DNA of 24,915 nucleotides from a virus (taxonomy: Duplodnaviria > Caudoviricetes), in IMG/VR virus record IMGVR_UViG_3300048997_000273, positions 1-24,915 of that record. One strand, 5' to 3'. Shown one piece after another: positions 1 through 8,909 of the stretch. A program made the position numbers and the translations under genes. Positions within the stretch are counted from its first letter, which is position 1. Each line of letters starts with the position of its first letter. The notes under the pieces were generated by a model. The model ran no database searches, was not told the origin of the DNA, and worked only from the letters and a program-made list of their open reading frames with translations.

Positions 1-54
1 CGTGCGTTAAAGCTCAGTCGCGGGAGTAGATAGAGCAGATTTACGCGGTCCTCC

Positions 55-92
55 AAAAACAAAAAAGCCCGGTGGCCTGATGGCCACCGGGC
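55..92 (-). terminator. Rho-independent terminator
   Basis: Perfect 11-bp inverted repeat GCCCGGTGGCC (67-77) / GGCCACCGGGC (82-92) with a 4-nt loop, followed on the minus strand by T-tracts (plus-strand A runs 55-66). Lies downstream of the GNAT gene. Confidence 0.85.
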
Positions 93-206
93 GATTTAGC
101 AGGTCAGCAGTTTGTTAAGCCACATGCCACCCACGGAGGTGCGGCTCAAACGCAAAAATCATCCCCGTAAAGAAGCAAACAGCCGGCAATCGAACGACAC
201 CGGCCG

Positions 207-635
207 CTACTTGATGGATTTCCGCCAATATAGCGTGCGCGGCCAGGCCCATGGATATTGCGGCTGGTACAACCGATAGCCGGCCCGAATGAAATTGTTC
301 GCGGAGACGACGTTGTCGGTGGTATCCGAAATGACGGAATTCCATCCATTGTGCCGCGCGCGCAATTCCAGGGCACGCGTCAGACGCAATTGAAGGGCGT
401 TGCCGCAATGTTTCTTCAACACGCCGACGCGACAAAAATACCCGGAATTGAACGCGCGCGTGGACGGAATGAGGCCAGCGAAGGCCACTGGGTGGCTCTC
501 GCGATAGGCGAGCCACCAATGTCCTCGATCGAATTCCGGCATGGAAGCGCCGTCAAAAAATGTCAGGCGGTGCAGGTCTGCCAGCGTATCCGCGATTTCG
601 TCGTCGTGCCCGTCGACTTCACGGATCCTGTACAT
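207..635 (-). CDS. GNAT-family N-acetyltransferase (142 aa)
   Basis: Start moved to ATG at 635 (MYRIREV), with AAGG upstream. Has a motif-A-like segment RVGVLKKHCGNALQLRL and a GNAT-type C-terminus DNVVSANNFIRAGY. Confidence 0.8.
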   Translation of the reverse strand: MYRIREVDGHDDEIADTLADLHRLTFFDGASMPEFDRGHWWLAYRESHPVAFAGLIPSTRAFNSGYFCRVGVLKKHCGNALQLRLTRALELRARHNGWNSVISDTTDNVVSANNFIRAGYRLYQPQYPWAWPRTLYWRKSIK

Positions 636-730
636 CGGCTTGACCTTCGAACTATTGGCGCATGATCTCGCTGACAGCGGGAGAAGATCACCACGTTTCA
701 CGCGATGCGAGGTCGCGGTACGGCATTCAG

Positions 731-1630
731 CTAGCGCGCAACGGCGCCAAGCACTGAAGAAAGAGCCTCGTCGATCGACTGCGATACGATCAACGCGGAC
801 CTCGCGTCGAGATGAACGCCGTCTGCCCAACGCAACTCTCCGCGCGCAAGATCGAGCTGCAGCCACCGATCGGAACCGGAAAATTTCGCTTGGACAATTT
901 CTTTGGTAATTTTTACAGATCGGGATTGTTCGAGTGGCGCTGAATAGGGAAGCTCGAAAAGCAGCAACCGGGATCCCCTTTGTTCGACAGCCAGCATCAA
1001 TTGCTGGATTCTCTCCACATTCATCCGCGTGATAACCGTCGGATCTTCCGCGTTGTGTTGCTCGAGCGCGCGCTCCGCATAGACGCGGTTGTCGAACTCG
1101 CTAGGCGGCTGTTCCAGCAACCGGCTCAAGGCGGAAGAAACCTGCTCATGGCGCGGGGCGGCGTGGCGCCAATTCTCGTAAGCCGCAACAGCGGTTCTGA
1201 TTGGACGAAAAAGCACCGGCTCGGCGGTGCCTCTTCTCGAATACCTTTCGACCAAAGCTGCATCTGTCGGCCGGGACAGCACGTTCGTCTCAACCAGGAT
1301 GATCTTGGGTAGCCGCGGCTGATTTACCACGATTTCCAGGCCCGTTAGAGGTGAGCCCCCGCCGATCGCCAGATTCCGTAGCGAGCGCGTCGCAAAGTAT
1401 TCCTCATTGAGCCGAAAGGTAAGTGAACTACCTACGAGCACGACGTCGGGAACGGGCTCTGTCGCATACCGATTCAGCGTGATCATTGCTCCGTCGCGGA
1501 CGGTCGTCGATGGCAGTTGCAGCCCATTACCGAACCAGGCGGTAGCCAACCCGCAGGCAGACAGCAGCATCACCGTGCTAACGGCCCATTTTCCAAACCA
1601 CTGGACGACCGGTACTTGTTGCATGCCCAC
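731..1630 (-). CDS. Membrane-anchored SGNH/GDSL-like protein, probable periplasmic partner of the MBOAT (AlgJ/PatB/DltD-like role)
   Basis: N-terminal hydrophobic segment, block I VLVGSS and block V DGVH. Directly downstream of the MBOAT gene. Alternative start at ATG 1624. Confidence 0.7.
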   Translation of the reverse strand: MGMQQVPVVQWFGKWAVSTVMLLSACGLATAWFGNGLQLPSTTVRDGAMITLNRYATEPVPDVVLVGSSLTFRLNEEYFATRSLRNLAIGGGSPLTGLEIVVNQPRLPKIILVETNVLSRPTDAALVERYSRRGTAEPVLFRPIRTAVAAYENWRHAAPRHEQVSSALSRLLEQPPSEFDNRVYAERALEQHNAEDPTVITRMNVERIQQLMLAVEQRGSRLLLFELPYSAPLEQSRSVKITKEIVQAKFSGSDRWLQLDLARGELRWADGVHLDARSALIVSQSIDEALSSVLGAVAR

Positions 1631-1633
1631 GGC

Positions 1634-2997
1634 TCAGAATTGGAAATAGATAAAGGAGGTCTCGGGACCGGCTTCAAGATACATCAGCGCGGCCATCGCA
1701 CCATACAGATAGGGCTCGACGCCCGAGAGCGTTCGCTCGAACGCCGAACGGGAGACGAGATGTTGAACCATGACTGGCAACGAATAGAGCAACGCCAGAC
1801 TGTAATACAGTTTCGGCGGGTTCGGATTTGTGTCCGGAACAAACATTCCAGACAAATAGCTGAGCGCGTGCTCGAAGTTTGGCAGCTTGAAGAAAATCCA
1901 CAACATGGTGACGCACAAGAAAACGAAACTGATCCGGGCTGCCCGAAAAATGCTCGAGTCGATGAACGGAAGACGGGTGGCGAAGGGTCGCTCGATCACG
2001 AGCAAGACCCGTGCAACAGGCCCCACGTAAGATAGCTGAGCCCGGCGCCGTGCCAGAGACCACCAAGCCCCATCACAATCAGCAAATTCAGATACGTTCT
2101 GAAGGTGCCGCGGCGATTGCCGCCCAGCGGGATATAAAGATACGTCCGCAACCAGCTCGACAGTGAGATGTGCCAGCGGGTCCAGAATTCGGAAAACGAC
2201 ACGGAAGTGTATGGAAGGTTGAAATTGATCGGAAGCCGGTAGCCGAAGAGCAACGCCAGACCTATGGCGATCGCCGAATACCCAAAGAAGTCGGCGTAGA
2301 TCTGGTAGCTATACATAAAAATCAGCAACCATCGGTCCTGAGTCCGAAGCGTCTCAAAGAGGGGGAAATCCATATAGGATGTCATCTCGTTGAGGTTGTT
2401 CGCGACGTATAGCTTGAAGAAAAAGCCCGTCAAAATCCATTTCACAGCCTCGACCAGCGGAATTTCTGCAAAATATTTCGGCTTGATCTGCGGCATGAAC
2501 ATTTCGGCGCGCGTAATCGGCCCCGAAACCAGCTGCGGAAAAAATATGATGTACAGGAAGACGCTCGTGAGATCGGGTGGTGCGCTTTTCTGCTTGGTAA
2601 GATCCACAAGCAAGCTGATGTTGTGGAATACGAAAAACGAAATCCCGATCGGTAACGGCAATTTCAAAAGGAAGCCGATGGGCCCAAGGTCGGCCAAACT
2701 GGGAGATGTTGGCTCCACGAATAGAAATTTGTATTTAAAGAACGCCAACAACATGAGATTGAAGGCAATCCCTACCGGCAGCCATACTCGGCGATCCCGG
2801 AGAGCCAAAATCAAAAACAGATAAGTTCCGAAGACGGCCGCAGCCAGCAACGGTAGAAGTTCTGGCTGACCATAACCGTAGAAGAACAAGCTGGCGACAA
2901 CCAGCCATTGAATCTGAAATGGCCTTAGCGGCGGGAGGTAATACGCCCCAAATACGACCGCAACAAATACGCCGAACTGCCACGATGTGAAAGTCAT
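1634..2997 (-). pseudogene. MBOAT-family O-acyltransferase (AlgI/DltB-like), split by a 1-nt frameshift near 2008-2010
   Basis: Motifs LPIGISFF, FFPQLVSGPI, QIYADFFGYS, FWTRWHISLSSWLRTYLYIPLGGNR, GLWHGA and terminal FIYFQF are spread over ORFs 1996-2997 and 1634-2026. Adding one G to CAC-GGG-TC restores WGLLHGVLLVIER. Confidence 0.85.
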
Positions 2998-3074
2998 GCC
3001 GCCCCATGAATAATCATGAGGAATTTAGCATCACAGCGTGAGCGAGCCAATATCGTCTGATCGACAAAGACAAA

Positions 3075-3377
3075 TCATTTGCTGAGCAAGACCTTGATGC
3101 CGAGCCACACCGCCCCGACAAACCCCGTCACGATAATTGTAATCACAGCCTTGAAGGTATAGCTCTGCGCCTGTTCGACGCTTTTGCGCCAGCGTCTTAG
3201 GTGCTGGAAGTCCGCGCGCAATTCCTTGCGGTCCTCTTCCTCGATTCCAAAGGAAGTCAGGATGGTTGCGATGGTTCGGAGAACCAGGGTATCAATATCG
3301 TCGCGATGAAACCTTTGTTGTTCGGCCAACGTCTCGACGACAATAGCTCTGATATCCTCGTCGGGTATGGCGCTCAT
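3075..3377 (-). CDS. Lysis-cassette protein with C-terminal transmembrane helix (100 aa)
   Basis: ATG at 3377 (MSAIPDED) with GGAG upstream. Helical N-terminal region plus hydrophobic C-terminus. Last gene of the lysis cluster. Confidence 0.65.
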   Translation of the reverse strand: MSAIPDEDIRAIVVETLAEQQRFHRDDIDTLVLRTIATILTSFGIEEEDRKELRADFQHLRRWRKSVEQAQSYTFKAVITIIVTGFVGAVWLGIKVLLSK

Positions 3378-3396
3378 GGTTCGACCAACTCCAATG

Positions 3397-3780
3397 TCAT
3401 CGTTTGATGATCCTCGCGACGTTTTCAAATCCCCGTTTGGCGAAATAGAACGAGACCACAAGGTTCGATGTAACGGACGCAAACCCCGCGAGAGGATCGG
3501 TCGTTCCGAGTCCCAACACCTTGTCCCACACCAAAAGTTTGCCAAAATAGATAGCGACGCAAAAACCCATCAACTTGTCGGGTTCGTACCAATGCCCGAT
3601 TTCGGCGATACGATATTGCGAGATCGCGCTCGTTTCCGACACTTGCGCCGCGATTTCGCTCGCCGCCAAATCCGCAGCGATCTTGTTGTCGACGTTGCCG
3701 GCCTTCAGCTTGGCATTATAGGCATCGACCAATCCCTTGATGACCGGGCCGCCCAGGAAGGAGATGATCGCCATCCACAT
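3397..3780 (-). CDS. Putative holin-like membrane protein (127 aa)
   Basis: Amphipathic N-terminus, two C-terminal hydrophobic segments and basic tail (SFYFAKRGFENVARIIKR), resembling 3-TM holin families. Downstream of the endolysin. Confidence 0.6.
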   Translation of the reverse strand: MWMAIISFLGGPVIKGLVDAYNAKLKAGNVDNKIAADLAASEIAAQVSETSAISQYRIAEIGHWYEPDKLMGFCVAIYFGKLLVWDKVLGLGTTDPLAGFASVTSNLVVSFYFAKRGFENVARIIKR

Positions 3781-3781
3781 C

Positions 3782-4024
3782 TCAACTTACCTTTCGAATT
3801 GACCGCAACCGGGCGATGATCGTCACGATGGAGATACCCAACAAAATCCGGCCGACAATCTTCGCATCGCCAATCGCGATGGAGATTTGATCCCTCAGGT
3901 TCGGGTCGCCCAATGCGTCCGCAACCGTATCAATGGCCTGCATCAGAGTACCCGCGAGAGCCAGGCAGTAACTCCACGCGATGGTCAAAGAATTGAGGCA
4001 GCCGGCCTTGATGCGCGTCCACAT
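3782..4024 (-). CDS. Small two-TM membrane protein, holin/antiholin candidate (80 aa)
   Basis: ATG at 4024 (MWTRIKAG). Two hydrophobic segments and a basic C-terminus. Tightly packed with its neighbours. Confidence 0.65.
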   Translation of the reverse strand: MWTRIKAGCLNSLTIAWSYCLALAGTLMQAIDTVADALGDPNLRDQISIAIGDAKIVGRILLGISIVTIIARLRSIRKVS

Positions 4025-4026
4025 GG

Positions 4027-4176
4027 CTAGAGCGCCGCCTTGAGCGCGGCAACTTTGGCCTCGAGCGCCCTGATGTAAGATTCTGCGCCGGTGACCAGGA
4101 CCGTGATCTTGTCCTTCGTGAACCAGCACAATGCAAACCCGGCAGCAACGGCGGTGAAAGCAACTATTGGCGTCAT
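4027..4176 (-). CDS. Small membrane-anchored coiled-coil protein (49 aa), absent from the ORF track
   Basis: MTPIVAFTAVAAGFALCWFTKDKITVLVTGAESYIRALEAKVAALKAAL*. ATG overlaps the endolysin stop (ATGA), AAGGA RBS upstream, and it fills the gap to the next gene exactly. Confidence 0.7.
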   Translation of the reverse strand: MTPIVAFTAVAAGFALCWFTKDKITVLVTGAESYIRALEAKVAALKAAL

Positions 4177-4892
4177 GGTCGTTTCCTTATGAAGTTGAAG
4201 ATGGCGAAGAGCACGGAAGCGATGAACGCGCCGATGGAGCCCTTTGACGGATGACCGATGGAGGGCTTTGCGATGTCCGGCGAAGGAATCTGGATGGTCG
4301 GGGCGGGTCGGGCTGAGGCAACCGGTACACCCGAAAAGGCGATGCTCGGATCGAGCTTCATCATCGCCAGAAGCAACCCGGCGCAGCCGAGTTGACGGTC
4401 GACCGCTTCGGCGTCGTAGACACCGTCGCGGACATATTTTCCCGATATGTATTGATCGGTACCCGCCCAGATATAAGGCGACGGCCTGCCGCGGGCGGCA
4501 TAACCAAGCCCGTTATATTCCTCGAGCATGGTCAGCGTGCCGCCGATGCTCCAGTCCTTGTTGCGCGCGGCATAGGGCGGGCAGTTGATCAGCGCATCGA
4601 CCGCCGCCTCCGCCCACGATTCAAATGGCCCGCGTCCAGCGGGCACGTGAACCGAAACCTTGTTCCAAGGGTCGCCCTGCGCCAACGACCGCGTCCAGTC
4701 CTGAGAGGATTCCCGTTCGTGGACGACTGCGATGACGGCCCAAGGCACGCCGGTTTCTGAAGAAACCGCCCGATAGACGGATTTAGCCAAGGGAGAGACG
4801 AGATGTGTTGCAACAGAGGAGAAATCCCGCGTCAGCCCGACCTTCGCCCAGCGCTCCGCATTCGCGCGTTTAAGCGCGACTAGATCGGTCAT
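4173..4892 (-). CDS. Endolysin, lysozyme-like family (COG5526-like; 239 aa)
   Basis: Start MTDLVALK at 4892. Motifs IAVVHERES, LAQGDPW, VHVPAGRGPF, LEEYNGLGY, PSPYIWAGTDQY, GKYVRDG, QLGCAG. C-terminal amphipathic helix. Confidence 0.8.
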   Translation of the reverse strand: MTDLVALKRANAERWAKVGLTRDFSSVATHLVSPLAKSVYRAVSSETGVPWAVIAVVHERESSQDWTRSLAQGDPWNKVSVHVPAGRGPFESWAEAAVDALINCPPYAARNKDWSIGGTLTMLEEYNGLGYAARGRPSPYIWAGTDQYISGKYVRDGVYDAEAVDRQLGCAGLLLAMMKLDPSIAFSGVPVASARPAPTIQIPSPDIAKPSIGHPSKGSIGAFIASVLFAIFNFIRKRP

Positions 4893-4916
4893 TACTTGCT
4901 CACCGTGAGTGTGTGG
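4882..4916. repeat. Copy 1 of the endolysin start/RBS region
   Basis: AGATCGGTCATTACTTGCTC (4882-4901) matches 6134-6153 at 19/20, with gapped similarity continuing about 15 nt. Confidence 0.8.
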
Positions 4917-4951
4917 GATAGATAGGCGTGCCTTGGAAGTGGTAGCCGCCA

Positions 4952-6037
4952 GTGGAAAAAAATAACTTTTTACCGCGCATTGAATCGTTGCGCGGTATCG
5001 CTGCCCTCGTGGTGGTCGGCTATCACGTCGGTGGTCAACTATCGGAAAGCCCCGCATATGGCGGGTTGGACGCTTTCGCCTACCGGACACTTGTGGCGCT
5101 TTCAAACGGCGTTGGCGCCGTCGTTACCTTTTTTGTCTTGAGCGGCTTTGTGCTTGCGCGATCGCTCGACGGAAATTCCGATCCAATCAGATTCTTCCGA
5201 AGCCGCTTATTTCGGCTGTTTCCAGCGGCGTTCGCCGTCGTCTCATTGCTGACCGCCCTTCACTGGCGGTTCGGAATTTACGTTGGATACGAAGCATCGT
5301 TCGACCCAATCGACGTCATTCTGAATATGCTGATGATCCGAAGCGATATTAACGGCGTGATGTGGTCGATGACGGTCGAATGCGCGGCAACGCCATTAAT
5401 CCTGTTGAGCTTCTGGCTATTTCGTAAATATGGAGAGCGGCCGCTTTGGAGTCTGGTCGCAATTCTTCTCGTTTTGTCTTCTTGGGGACCCTACGTTCAT
5501 CTGCTCGGCGGCTTCACCAGTCTGGCGCCCTTGTATGCTTTCGTCGTCGGAGTGCTCTTACATTTTCGGGGCGCCTCGATTGCGTCGCTGATCGGCCAAA
5601 AGCGAGCGACCGTTGCGGGTATTGCCGCAATGGCTGTCTTTTGTTTCTGTGGAACGAGGACACAAAGCGCGCTGGTTTTGCTGCTGGAATGCCTGAGCGC
5701 CGCGACATGGATCGTGTTGATCGTCTGGCATCCGACGAAAAATCTCTTCAAGCCGCTCGACTTCAAGCTCGTTCGGTTTTACGGGCGGATTTCGTATAGT
5801 TTCTATCTACTCCACCACCTGGGCATCTCGTTTGCTTTTCGCCTTTTCGATCCATTGGCTCTCAACGCGTCAGGAGTACCTTTATCCATCACAATGGCTT
5901 TTGCGACTCTTGGATCTATCCTGTTGACGACGCCGGCAGCCTATTTGGCCTGGCGGTTTATCGAGGTTCCTGCCATCAGACTTGGATCAATATTGGGCGA
6001 GCCATCGACCCTGCGGGCGAGTAGGCAAACCTCTTGA
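4952..6037 (+). CDS. Acyltransferase family 3 (OafA/Oac-like) membrane O-acyltransferase
   Basis: IESLRGIAALVVVGYH, FFVLSGFVL, RLFRLFP, WSMTVE, GRISYSFYLLH, WRFIEVP, with many TM segments. Confidence 0.9.
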   Translation: MEKNNFLPRIESLRGIAALVVVGYHVGGQLSESPAYGGLDAFAYRTLVALSNGVGAVVTFFVLSGFVLARSLDGNSDPIRFFRSRLFRLFPAAFAVVSLLTALHWRFGIYVGYEASFDPIDVILNMLMIRSDINGVMWSMTVECAATPLILLSFWLFRKYGERPLWSLVAILLVLSSWGPYVHLLGGFTSLAPLYAFVVGVLLHFRGASIASLIGQKRATVAGIAAMAVFCFCGTRTQSALVLLLECLSAATWIVLIVWHPTKNLFKPLDFKLVRFYGRISYSFYLLHHLGISFAFRLFDPLALNASGVPLSITMAFATLGSILLTTPAAYLAWRFIEVPAIRLGSILGEPSTLRASRQTS

Positions 6038-6133
6038 TAAGCCGTGACGACGCTCGCATCGTTGCGATAATTACGTGCGCCGCCTCTCGGGTTAACGTGG
6101 ACATTTTTCCAGGACTTCCATTTCCCGTACCTG

Positions 6134-6171
6134 AGATCGATCATTACTTGCTCCACTATGGAGTGTAGTGG
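6134..6171. repeat. Copy 2 of the endolysin start region, heading a degenerate minus-strand remnant (MIDL...WKNVHVNP)
   Basis: AGATCGATCATTACTTGCTC versus copy 1. Encodes EQVMIDL versus EQVMTDL. Confidence 0.75.
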
Positions 6172-6201
6172 TATTTTTCCTACTCAAATGGAGAGCGCTG
6201 C

Positions 6202-6981
6202 ATGAGAGACGAAGCTGCAGGATTTTATGTTGGCGTAATCAATCAACTGATCGAAGCAGGCACGGTATCAATACCCGATAGCGTTCTTGTCGTTTGTGGT
6301 GGCCCTTTGGACGAAATGGTGATGCGCCAAGCCGGGCTGTCTGATTTCACGATTTCAAATCTGGACGATGGAGCAGCTAACCATCGGCAAGATGCGGAAA
6401 ACCTGACCTTTGACGATGGGTCATTCGATATCGTGGTGGTTCACGCTGGGCTACACCATTGCCATTCGCCGCACCGCGCATTGCTCGAAATGTACCGTGT
6501 CGCCCGCAAGGCGGTAATCGTTCTAGAAGCGCGGGATAGCCTCGCCATGCAGATAGCTAAGTTGGCGGGGTTTACGCCTGATTTCGAACTGGAGGCCGTT
6601 ACCCACGAAGGCTACGAAAGCGGCGGCGTAGGTAACGGTCCAATTCCGAATTTTATATATCGATGGACAGAGCGTGAAGTTGAAAAAACCATCCGAAGCT
6701 TCGACCCAGCCCATGTAGAACAGATTAGATATTTTTATGGTCTGCGGTTGCCTAGTCTTCGCTTTGAAAAAACAAATAGACCGTTACGGCGCATTGCACT
6801 CAGAGCTCTTAGGCCTGCCGCAATAGCGTTTTCAAAATTATTTCCGAAACAGGGAAATCAATTCGGGTTTGCGATTATCAAGACGGGAAAGCTGAGACAT
6901 TGGCTTGAATACAATAACGGAAAAATACGCGTTTCGAGCCAGCGCGCCGAACAACTTGGTCAATCGTATAGGCCTACCTAG
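6202..6981 (+). CDS. Class I SAM-dependent methyltransferase (Methyltransf_11-like)
   Basis: VLVVCGG motif I, QDAENLTFDDGSFDIVVVHAGLHH, ALLEMYRV. GGAGAG RBS. Confidence 0.85.
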   Translation: MRDEAAGFYVGVINQLIEAGTVSIPDSVLVVCGGPLDEMVMRQAGLSDFTISNLDDGAANHRQDAENLTFDDGSFDIVVVHAGLHHCHSPHRALLEMYRVARKAVIVLEARDSLAMQIAKLAGFTPDFELEAVTHEGYESGGVGNGPIPNFIYRWTEREVEKTIRSFDPAHVEQIRYFYGLRLPSLRFEKTNRPLRRIALRALRPAAIAFSKLFPKQGNQFGFAIIKTGKLRHWLEYNNGKIRVSSQRAEQLGQSYRPT

Positions 6982-7107
6982 CCCACAAATGAGCTGCGAA
7001 TGGCGGCAGGTCATTTGTCGTCGACGAGTTTAAGACGAGGGAAAATGATAGCATCCGAGAAGCGACGCCGCCGAAATTTCTACGACGCTTAGGGCAACGG
7101 GATTGCG

Positions 7108-8082
7108 TTAAATTATCCGCAAAATATAATTACAGATGATCGTTGGCTGCGTAGTCCTAAACGGATTGCTAGTTCCGCCTTGCGGGGTGCCGGCGAATGT
7201 TGATACGGCCTGAGAAGCGGAGAAATTCGCTGGCTGTTGTGATGGGCCACCGCTGCCTGTTTGAACTGATCCGCCGCCCGTCACAGCATTGCTAGATATC
7301 GTAATTGCTCCATTGCTGATCGAGCCGGACGGCGTATACGGCGGCAAATTTGGCACGAATAGTGTGGTATTTTCCAAGCCGCCCACCGCGCCCAAATTGG
7401 TAGAATTTCCTCCGAAATAAGTTGATGTCAGCCGCGATGCCGAATTCTCCATCATCGCCGAGACACGACCTGTTTTATCAGGAACGTTGAACGTCGTCGA
7501 ACCGTCGCCGGCACCAAACCGCGTTCCCCATCGGGCGAATGCAGTGGCATAAGTGGTCCGAGAGATCGCCTGGCCTTGTGGGAAAATGAAGGAACTGTTC
7601 GGCGTGATCGTATCCCAATAATCCATGCCGCCTAGTAGCGGCACGCTATACGGACTGCCAAAGAAGCCTTGCAGATAGAATGCACCGTCCGCGTTGTTAT
7701 ATACTGCGACGTAAGGCGTGCCTTGAATGATGGTTCCGGCGAGCAATTCGGTTGAGGGCGCGGAGCGCAGTGGTTTTGCACCCAACGAATCTACATTCAG
7801 CGTCACCGTCGCCCCGTTGGTGGTGTGTGGCGTGAACGCGATCATTTGTCCGTTGAGATGGGCCAGCGTATCGAATACCTCGTAAGAGGAAACCGTGTAT
7901 GCGGTCGACGTGCCTCCGGTGACGATGGCGCCGGCGATATCGTCGCGGTATTTCGCGGTCGCCGCCATCATGGCCCGCGCGGAATCGTTCACACTGGAAG
8001 GCGATTGTCCTTCGGCCCAGTTGATCGTGCTGTCTGCGGTGGCGTCGGACGCGGCCGTCTGCGACCATTTATAGAGTGTCAT
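7108..8082 (-). CDS. Tail fibre protein with tail-collar domain
   Basis: N-terminus WSQTAASDATADSTINWAEGQSPSSVNDSARAMMA, collar motif GQAISRTTYATAF...FGAGDGSTTFNVPDKTGR, C-terminus QPTIICNYILRII. Confidence 0.85.
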   Translation of the reverse strand: MTLYKWSQTAASDATADSTINWAEGQSPSSVNDSARAMMAATAKYRDDIAGAIVTGGTSTAYTVSSYEVFDTLAHLNGQMIAFTPHTTNGATVTLNVDSLGAKPLRSAPSTELLAGTIIQGTPYVAVYNNADGAFYLQGFFGSPYSVPLLGGMDYWDTITPNSSFIFPQGQAISRTTYATAFARWGTRFGAGDGSTTFNVPDKTGRVSAMMENSASRLTSTYFGGNSTNLGAVGGLENTTLFVPNLPPYTPSGSISNGAITISSNAVTGGGSVQTGSGGPSQQPANFSASQAVSTFAGTPQGGTSNPFRTTQPTIICNYILRII

Positions 8083-8103
8083 TCTTCGCTTTCCCTTGAA
8101 ATG

Positions 8104-8129
8104 AAAACGGCGACCTTCAGGTCGCCGTT
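8104..8129 (-). terminator. Hairpin, probable intrinsic terminator inside the operon
   Basis: AACGGCGACC (8106-8115) / GGTCGCCGTT (8120-8129) with a short T run on the minus strand, just upstream of the tail fibre RBS. Confidence 0.55.
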
Positions 8130-8195
8130 GGAATTTCTTCTTTTAGTTCTGAACGGCGACGCAGCGGGAAGACCGTTCGGCTTTCCCCTTGGACT

Positions 8196-8447
8196 TTACC
8201 TCCGGATATTTTTACGTTCTCCCTGTCCCTCGCCGCCCAAGTCGAGATATTGCGAACAGGGGCACGCCGGCGCACGAGCGGTCAGGAGGTTGCGGATCAC
8301 GCCAATCGGCACGCCAGGGCTTTCCTTCGCGACGGCATCGGCTCTCGCGTTGACGATCGCCTCGATATCGTCACGGATTTGCTTGATACGATCTTCAAGC
8401 GGGGCCGCGAGCGTCGCTTTCGTGTTCTTCGAAATCATCCGCTTCAT
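8196..8447 (-). CDS. Small hypothetical protein (about 83 aa) with CxC motif
   Basis: C-terminal part of ORF 8196-8756. ATG at 8447 or 8438 after AAGGA. Helical, ends ARAPACPCSQYL. Confidence 0.55.
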   Translation of the reverse strand: MKRMISKNTKATLAAPLEDRIKQIRDDIEAIVNARADAVAKESPGVPIGVIRNLLTARAPACPCSQYLDLGGEGQGERKNIRR

Positions 8448-8901
8448 TTCCTTTTGTTGTTTCGCGTTGCGGCGATTGTACCGCCAGCTTCTGCCGCAGG
8501 GAGGCGGCCTCGTTTTGCGCGCGCCGCAACGCCTTTTCGCGCTGCTCCTCGTGCGCGGCGACATAGACCTGCAAATCGTAGGGCAACGTCTTGAAGCGTT
8601 GCTTGCGGTCGGCCGGCCAGGAACGCGGCGGTGCGATGCCGGCCGCTTCGCTGATCGCGGCGGCCACGACGCCGCCGAGCGTGGGGTCGGCAAGCCCGTG
8701 CATAACATGGGCGCGTGAAATTTCCCGAACCGCCGGCCACAGCCGTTCAATGCCAAGTGAGGCGCAATCGGCGATGAATTTGGCCACGGCCGCCGGCGCC
8801 GCCGGACAGAAGGAGGCCCCGTTCAATTCGCACCATCGTGCAAACAGGGGCGCGGCACGCGATCTCGCCTGGGCGAGCGCCGCCAGCACCGGGCTCGTCA
8901 T
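8395..8901 (-). CDS. Hypothetical protein: tyrosine-recombinase N-terminal (SAM-like) domain fused to a phage scaffold-like helix
   Basis: FARWCELNG...PAAPAAVAKFI...ISRAHVMHGLADP resembles the Cre-type core-binding domain. APPRSWPADRKQRFKTLPYDLQVYVAAHEEQRE resembles a podophage scaffold motif. No catalytic domain. Confidence 0.65.
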   Translation of the reverse strand: MTSPVLAALAQARSRAAPLFARWCELNGASFCPAAPAAVAKFIADCASLGIERLWPAVREISRAHVMHGLADPTLGGVVAAAISEAAGIAPPRSWPADRKQRFKTLPYDLQVYVAAHEEQREKALRRAQNEAASLRQKLAVQSPQRETTKGNEADDFEEHESDARGPA

Positions 8902-8909
8902 CGCGCCCG

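Noticed and set aside
636-866. Long N-terminal extensions in the ORF track (also 4893-5105, 14783-15031, 16778-16876, 22677-22853, 8448-8756)
   Set aside because: They overlap neighbouring genes or lack an RBS. Internal starts with an RBS or stop-start coupling fit better.
5941-6156. 71-aa minus-strand ORF as a functional gene
   Set aside because: It starts in the duplicated endolysin start and runs antisense into the acyltransferase, so it is best read as a remnant.
4882-6981. Integron cassette array
   Set aside because: No attC-like palindromes with RYYYAAC/GTTRRRY cores recognised and no integron integrase. The repeat is the endolysin start region.
8395-8901. Functional integrase
   Set aside because: Only an N-terminal-like domain is present, with no R-H-R-Y catalytic region and no att site or tRNA seen.
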